NCBI GenBank assembly: GCA_964016885.1
Contig: OZ024741.1
Span: 116,064,001 to 116,128,000, forward strand
Direction of reading: 5' to 3'
DNA from: Eledone cirrhosa
Lineage: Eukaryota
Length of the DNA stretch: 64,000 nucleotides
This document shows positions 58,128 to 64,000 of this stretch, piece after piece. Made by a program: the position numbers and the translations under genes. The notes below the pieces were generated by a model. The model had not been told where the DNA came from. It ran no database searches and was given only the letters and a program-made list of their open reading frames with translations. The first letter of the stretch is position 1, and every line of letters starts with the position of its first letter.

Positions 58128-58675
58128 ATGATGGCAGCAACTTGATTTCGAGTAATGACATCGCTTGATACTTAAGCATGAACATCACAGATGTGGCTTT
58201 TTAGTCCTGCTAGGAACTTGCCTATGGCCAGCAATATCATGTATCGCAAAAAATGTCACATATCAAGCGATACCTGTGCTTGAAGCTTTTTTTAAGTGAG
58301 GAAAGGCTTTGTAAAGGACCAACCCCACTCTCTGAACATCAAATGCATTTACCCAAAAAGAACTGGTCTACATCATTGGATGCAAACAAAGTTGCAGGTT
58401 TTATATCAGAGTGATCTTCTAGACAGATGTCTTAATGTAGACTAGGAGTTTCTCGCTCAAAAAAAAAAAAAGAAAAATCTTTATTGGATGGCCGTTAACT
58501 ATCCTGAGTTCCTCCGCTCTTTGACAGGTTTTTTTTTTTACCCTGCAGTGTCCAAAATCACCCACCTCACCATGCAAGCTTGGTGGGATTGCCAGTTTAG
58601 TCACCGACGACCTGACCATGCACAGGTGGTTGTACTGGGTTACATGTTACCAGTAGCGCTGAAGAGCGAACTGAC
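58128..58675 (-). mobile_element. Older diverged bipartite RTE derivative with extended 5' end
   Basis: 58128-58455 is homologous to 33806-34204 and the RTE UTRs; the extra 5' part has HDV-like features. Confidence 0.6.
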
Positions 58676-58712
58676 ACACACACACACACACAAACTTTCT
58701 GCTGTTCTTATA

Positions 58713-58758
<46 letters not shown>

Positions 58759-59339
58759 TCAAACACAATTCTGTGTGCATCCAGTTTTCATTCCCAGTCT
58801 ACAGAGTACATTAGGTGCATTTATATATATAATGTATTTGCAAACACTTTTTGTCTCCCAAATTGTACCCACAAGGTTTTGCTCAATCTAATGGCTATGA
58901 TAGAAGATACTTGTCCAATGTGTTGTGTAGTGGGATTTAACATTGAACTGCATGGTTGCAAAATGAAGTTCATAACCACGCAGCCAAACCTTATAAAGAA
59001 GTAATAGTAGTGGTGGTAGCTATGTATATAAAGCTTTCGAAATAAAGAAGTTTGTTCTCAATATTAAGAGGATGATGGATTGACAGAACTGGTAAACAAT
59101 TGGATAAAATGTCATTGTGGTATTTGTTCTAATTCTTAACATTTTCAGTTCAAATCCTGCCAAAGTTAACTTTGCTTTTCATCCTTACAGGGTCAGTAAA
59201 ATAAAGTACCAGTCAAATACTGGGATTGATTTAATCAACTTTGTGCCTAAATTAGAAATCAGTATTAAGATTGAATAGTTTGAACCCAGTTCTTTATTTA
59301 AAAAAAAGGGTAGTACAAAAGGAATAATAATAATGATAA

Positions 59340-60427
59340 CAAGAAATGGATAGAAAGACTAGGAAGCTAAAAACTACCTACAGCAGGTTCTATAAGAGGA
59401 GTGATGTTGATAGACTCTACTTAAAGAGATCTGAAGGTGGAAGAGATCTTATCAGCATAGTGGACTGTGTTCAGATGAAGAAAAGCAGTCTGCACAAATA
59501 TGTGTCTGAGAGTAGGGAGCCAATGCTCAAAGTTGTACTGAAGAAGACAATAGACCAGGGGATGTCCAAGCAGGAAATAACAACAAGGAGAAAGAGCAAC
59601 CTTCGTGAAAAATCCTTTCATAGCATCTTCTTTAAGAAAACGGAATTCAGAGATTCACAGACATGGAGCTGGCTAAAAAGATGAGAGCTTAAAAAAGCTA
59701 CAGAAGGAATGCTAATGGCTGCACAAGAGCAAGCCCTTAGAACAAAGTGGGTGAAACACCATATTGACAAAGAGGAGGCTAGCTCACTGTGTAGGATCTG
59801 TGGAGAGAGAGAGGAGACTGTGGCTCACATCGTATCCAAATGTAAACACCTAGCCCAGCCTCACTATAAAGGCTGGAGGCATGATATAATAGGAAACATG
59901 ATTCACTGGCATTTATGCAAACTAAATAATTTACCACATTCTGAGAAGTGGTATGAACATAAGCCAGAGTCAGTGATAGAAAAAGATCAAGTGAAGGTGC
60001 TATGGGATTTCAGGATACAGACAGACAAGAAATTAGAACACAATAGGCCTGACCTGGTGGTTTTTACAAGGAAAAAAGATTTTGTTTAATTGTAGATGTA
60101 GCCTGACCCTTTGACACAGTGCAAGAAAAGGAGAAGCAAATTAACTGATTACCAGGATTTAAAGTGGGAATTAAAAAGGAGTTGGGACTGTCATGAGATC
60201 AAGTCATCCCAATTGTCATAGGAACACTAGGTATTATCTCAAAGAATTTTCAAGGATGATTAAAGAACATTAGTCCAGCCCCCTTTTTTGGAATACTTCA
60301 AAAGGCATGCTTGCTGGGAACAGCAAGAACCCTCCAATACATCCTGAATATCTGAGGCTGCAGGTAGCGGCTTGATGTTCATTTGAACAAACTTTCCAGT
60401 TAAATAACATCAATGACTGAGACTCCA
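59340..60427 (+). mobile_element. 5'-truncated R4/Dong-type non-LTR retrotransposon relic (CCHC + restriction-like endonuclease)
   Basis: RLYLKRSEGGR, AAQEQALRT, CRICGEREETVAHIVSKC, RHD, LWDFRIQTD...NRPD; stops and frameshifts; flanked by (TAA)n. Confidence 0.85.
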
Positions 60428-61445
60428 ATAATAACAACAATAATAATAAAAGAAGAAGAAATAAATCAAGAGAAAGATAAAAAAGCAAGCACCAGGTTGA
60501 ACAAACACTCTTCCCTTCTTTATCATTACTACTAATGACATAAATTAGCATTAATAGCAATACAAAAGACCTCTTGACTAGAAATAAGTAAATTTAGATT
60601 GTGATACATCCAGAGCTGTAGCAAGTGAAAATAGCAGCTATGGCAAACATTGAAATTGCGCCCCTGCCCATGCAGTAAGCTATATAGTAGTTGTTAGACA
60701 ATGAGATTGACAGCGTAGTTTAAATAAATAAGGGTATAGGGTATTAAACTACATTTTCATTTGTTCTACAGGTATCCTTTACGCTTAAGTATACGTAAAG
60801 TATTGGCAAAAGTGTTAGTGTGTTTAAAGGGAGTGATCTGTGTAATACCAATCTTTGACAAATATTAAAACCCTATTAAAATATTTGACAAGTCATACTA
60901 TGACGTATGCCTCTGTTTTCATGTAGTTCCCAGCACTGTATTTTTACCTATGGGCCTAATAATTTATATAATGGTTTAATGATCCAGCCACCATAGTGTT
61001 TCTCACCCATAATAATCAAAGACAGATCATGCATCTGAAGAAGTTTCTTTTTTCACTCTCTGGCAATAACTTCTCTGACTTTAATAGAAAGTGCCCCTAG
61101 TCCAGGTAGTGCCTCCTCTCATGTAGTGCCAAGCTTGCCATACGCCTCTGGATACATCCATACGCTTTCTCTAGGACATCAGAAAATATATGTAAAGTGA
61201 AACCAATACATGTGTGAATTGAAACTGTGTCACAGAATCAATTTGTTTAACTTCTAGAGGCTCTCTACCATAACACTATTTATAATTACATTTCAATATA
61301 TCAGAAACAAAAATACACTGATTTTTCCAACACCTTTAATTCCAGACTCAACCTAAATTATCAGTTTTGCTGGACTAACAAAGGTATCAATATTTGTGTC
61401 AGCCCTTACCTATGGACATGAATCTTGGATAATGACCAAAAGAAT

Positions 61446-64000
61446 ATCATCATCATCATCACCGTTTTACGTCCGTTCTTCCATGCTAGCATGGGTTAGA
61501 TGGGTTGTCCTGTTGTAGGCAGTGTCTGGTCGGTTGACCATGCCTTGCTCATACAGGAACTGATTTTGGCTTGATTTCTACAGCTGGATGCCCTTCCTAA
61601 CACCAACCTCATTTACAGTGAGTGCTGGGTGCTTTTTCCATGGCACCTACACGTCCACTTTACAGTGTGGGCTGGGTGCTTTTTTGCCGTGGCACCTCCA
61701 CGACCACTTTGCAGTTGGAGGGTGTGGGGGCATATTGTCTATATGCTTCAGCTTGTACCCATGGGAGGTTGGGTACTCTGTATTACTGCGTGACGCCAGA
61801 GGTCACGGTCATGTGTCATCGTCTTTGAGAGGTGTAATTGGGTAAGGTCGGCTTTTATCACCTCATCCCAGGTCTTCTTGGGTCTCCCCACTCCGCGGTT
61901 TCCATTGACTTCTAGTGCTCTGCACCTTTTTATGCAGCTGTCATCCTTCATACGCATCACATGTCCATACCAACGCAACCGCCTCTCCTGCACACAGCAT
62001 TTGATTCCTCTTATGCTCAGTCTCTCTCTCAATTCATTTATGCTTTGCTGTTCATGTATATTACTATTACACATCCATCGGAGCATGCAGGCTTCGTTTC
62101 TTTCTAATCTATGCAAGTCTTCCACTTGAGCGCCCAGGTCTCACTACCATGTAACATTGCTGTTCGTATACATGCATCATACAGTCTGCCTTTCATTTTG
62201 AGGGAAAAGCCTTTGCAGCTAGCAGTGGCAGAAGCTCCCTGAACTTCTTCCATCCCGTTCTTACCCTAGTTATTGTACTTTCTGAACACCCACCTCCGCT
62301 GCTAATTCGGTCACCTAGGTAGCAGAAGCTGTCTACTGTTTCTACAGAGCCCTCCCAGAGATTGGTGGTACTTGTTTCGTGTGGCTGTTTGCTGCTTGCT
62401 GTCCCAGCACAGCTGCTGCATGTGAAGCCTACATTCTTAATTAAGCTTCCTGAGATCCCGCTACATCTCTTGTGTACCCATTGTTTGCATTTGGGGCAGA
62501 GAATGGAGTTCCTACCTACACCTTCCCTACATACTGAGCAAGGCCATTTCCCTGAGGGGATCTGGGTTCTGTTTTCTCGTCTACTTACAAGGACCTTAGT
62601 CTTTGTCATGTTGACTTTGAGACCCTTTCTTTCTAGTCCCTGCTTCCAGGTTTGGAATTTCTTCTCTAGTTCTACCATAGATTCAGCTATAAGTGCGAGG
62701 TCATCAGCATATAGGAGTTCCCATGGGCATCCGGTCTTAAACTCCTCCGTTATTGCCTGCAGGACTATGATGAACAGGAGAGGGCTAAGAACAGAGCCCT
62801 GGTGGACACCAACCTGTACGCTAAATTCCTCGCTAATCCTAACTTTGCTGACTGCTCCCCTATACATGTCTTGTACAGCTTTCACAAGCCATTCATCTAC
62901 TCCTAGTTTTCTAAGAGCCCACCAGATTACAGCACGTGGAACTCTGTCAAAGGTTTTATCGAGATCGACAAATGCCAAGTAGAGTGGCTTACTTTTAGCT
63001 AGGTACTTTTCCTGTAACTGCCTCACAAGGAAGAGGGCATCAGTGGTGCCTCTTCCTGGTACAAACCCAAATTGCATCTCATCTAGTTTCACCTGGTCCC
63101 TAATCAACTGTGCTATAACTCTTTCTGTTACTTTCATGACCTGGTCCATCAGCTTTATACCTCTATAGTTTCCTCTATCTAGTGCATCACCTTTACCTTT
63201 GTAGCAGTTGACAATGATGCTACTGCACCAATCTTTTGGTATGACACCTTCTAGTATTACCTGGTTAACAATACGTGTGGTTATAGTGTGACCTACAGAC
63301 CCAGATGCCTTCAGCATCTTGGCAGCTATACCCGATGGACCGGTTGCCTTCCCCATCTTCATATCTTTGATTGCTTTACTTACTACGCTGCTGCTGACTT
63401 GTACTGCTGGCCCCTCTATAGGGTCTACTTGGGGTAGGGTCTCTTCTTCCCATGCATTCTCCTCATTTAGTAATCTATCATAATGGCTCTGCCATGCATC
63501 TTTCTTCTCAGCACTTGTGAGGGCAAGCTCACCTTTATCATTCCGGATACACTTCTCTCCAATGACATCACAATTCTCTCTGACACACTGCCTCGCAATC
63601 TTGAACACCTCCTGTTTCTGGTCCTCACGTTGCAAAACATGCTTGAATTTTCTATCCTCTGCTTCCCTCCTAGCTAAGTATACTTGTCGCCTAGCTTCCC
63701 TCTTGGTCTCTATGTAATGTACCCTGCTCCCTCCCATTCTTCCATTCCTTCCTTGCCTGTCTCTTGGCCTTAACTGCCTCATCTACCTTATTGTTCCACC
63801 ACCAAGTCACTCTCCTCCTGCTTGTGGTCTTACTCCAGCCACAGACCTCATCCATCGCCTCTAGTAAGTTATTTTTCAGGAACTCCCAGTGATCTTCTAC
63901 ATTGAATGTCTTTATCTGTTCTTCTTTACTGTCGTAGGCATTGAGTAAAATATCTTTAAATCTGTTACTGGCTGAGGGGTCTTTCAGCTTCCAGATCTTT
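61446..64000 (-). mobile_element. RTE LINE (frameshifted, continues past the window end), same group as 45227-47627
   Basis: ORFs 62193-63782 and 61748-62125 with RT motifs and PHD-like insert; (TGA)n tail at 61446-61460; abuts an older RTE remnant (LTYGHESWIMT, ~61395-61445). Confidence 0.93.

Overview
AT-rich, microsatellite-laden animal genomic DNA. The repeat content (RTE LINEs with (GAT)n tails, CORE/Meta-like tRNA SINEs, huge (TA)n/(ATAC)n tracts) suggests an octopod cephalopod; this is an inference. Almost all long ORFs in the track are microsatellite artefacts. Real content: (1) a >6.2-kb imperfect palindrome (1-6217) built around two related ~466/467-bp tandem-repeat families whose every monomer carries a minimal type-I hammerhead ribozyme, with an octamer motif in the full-length units and covarying hairpins (retrozyme-like); (2) several Penelope-like retroelements (RT/GIY-YIG) with inverted arms, plus short hammerhead-bearing fold-back elements inserted in (TA)n, giving about 20 hammerhead motifs in total; (3) one intact 1181-aa RTE LINE (EN-RT-3xC2H2), its short bipartite relatives carrying a single zinc-finger micro-ORF, three further RTE copies and an R4/Dong-type relic; (4) SINEs, a Helitron, piggyBac/pogo-like MITEs and minisatellites; (5) exons of an unidentified minus-strand coiled-coil host gene spread over ~25-55 kb.
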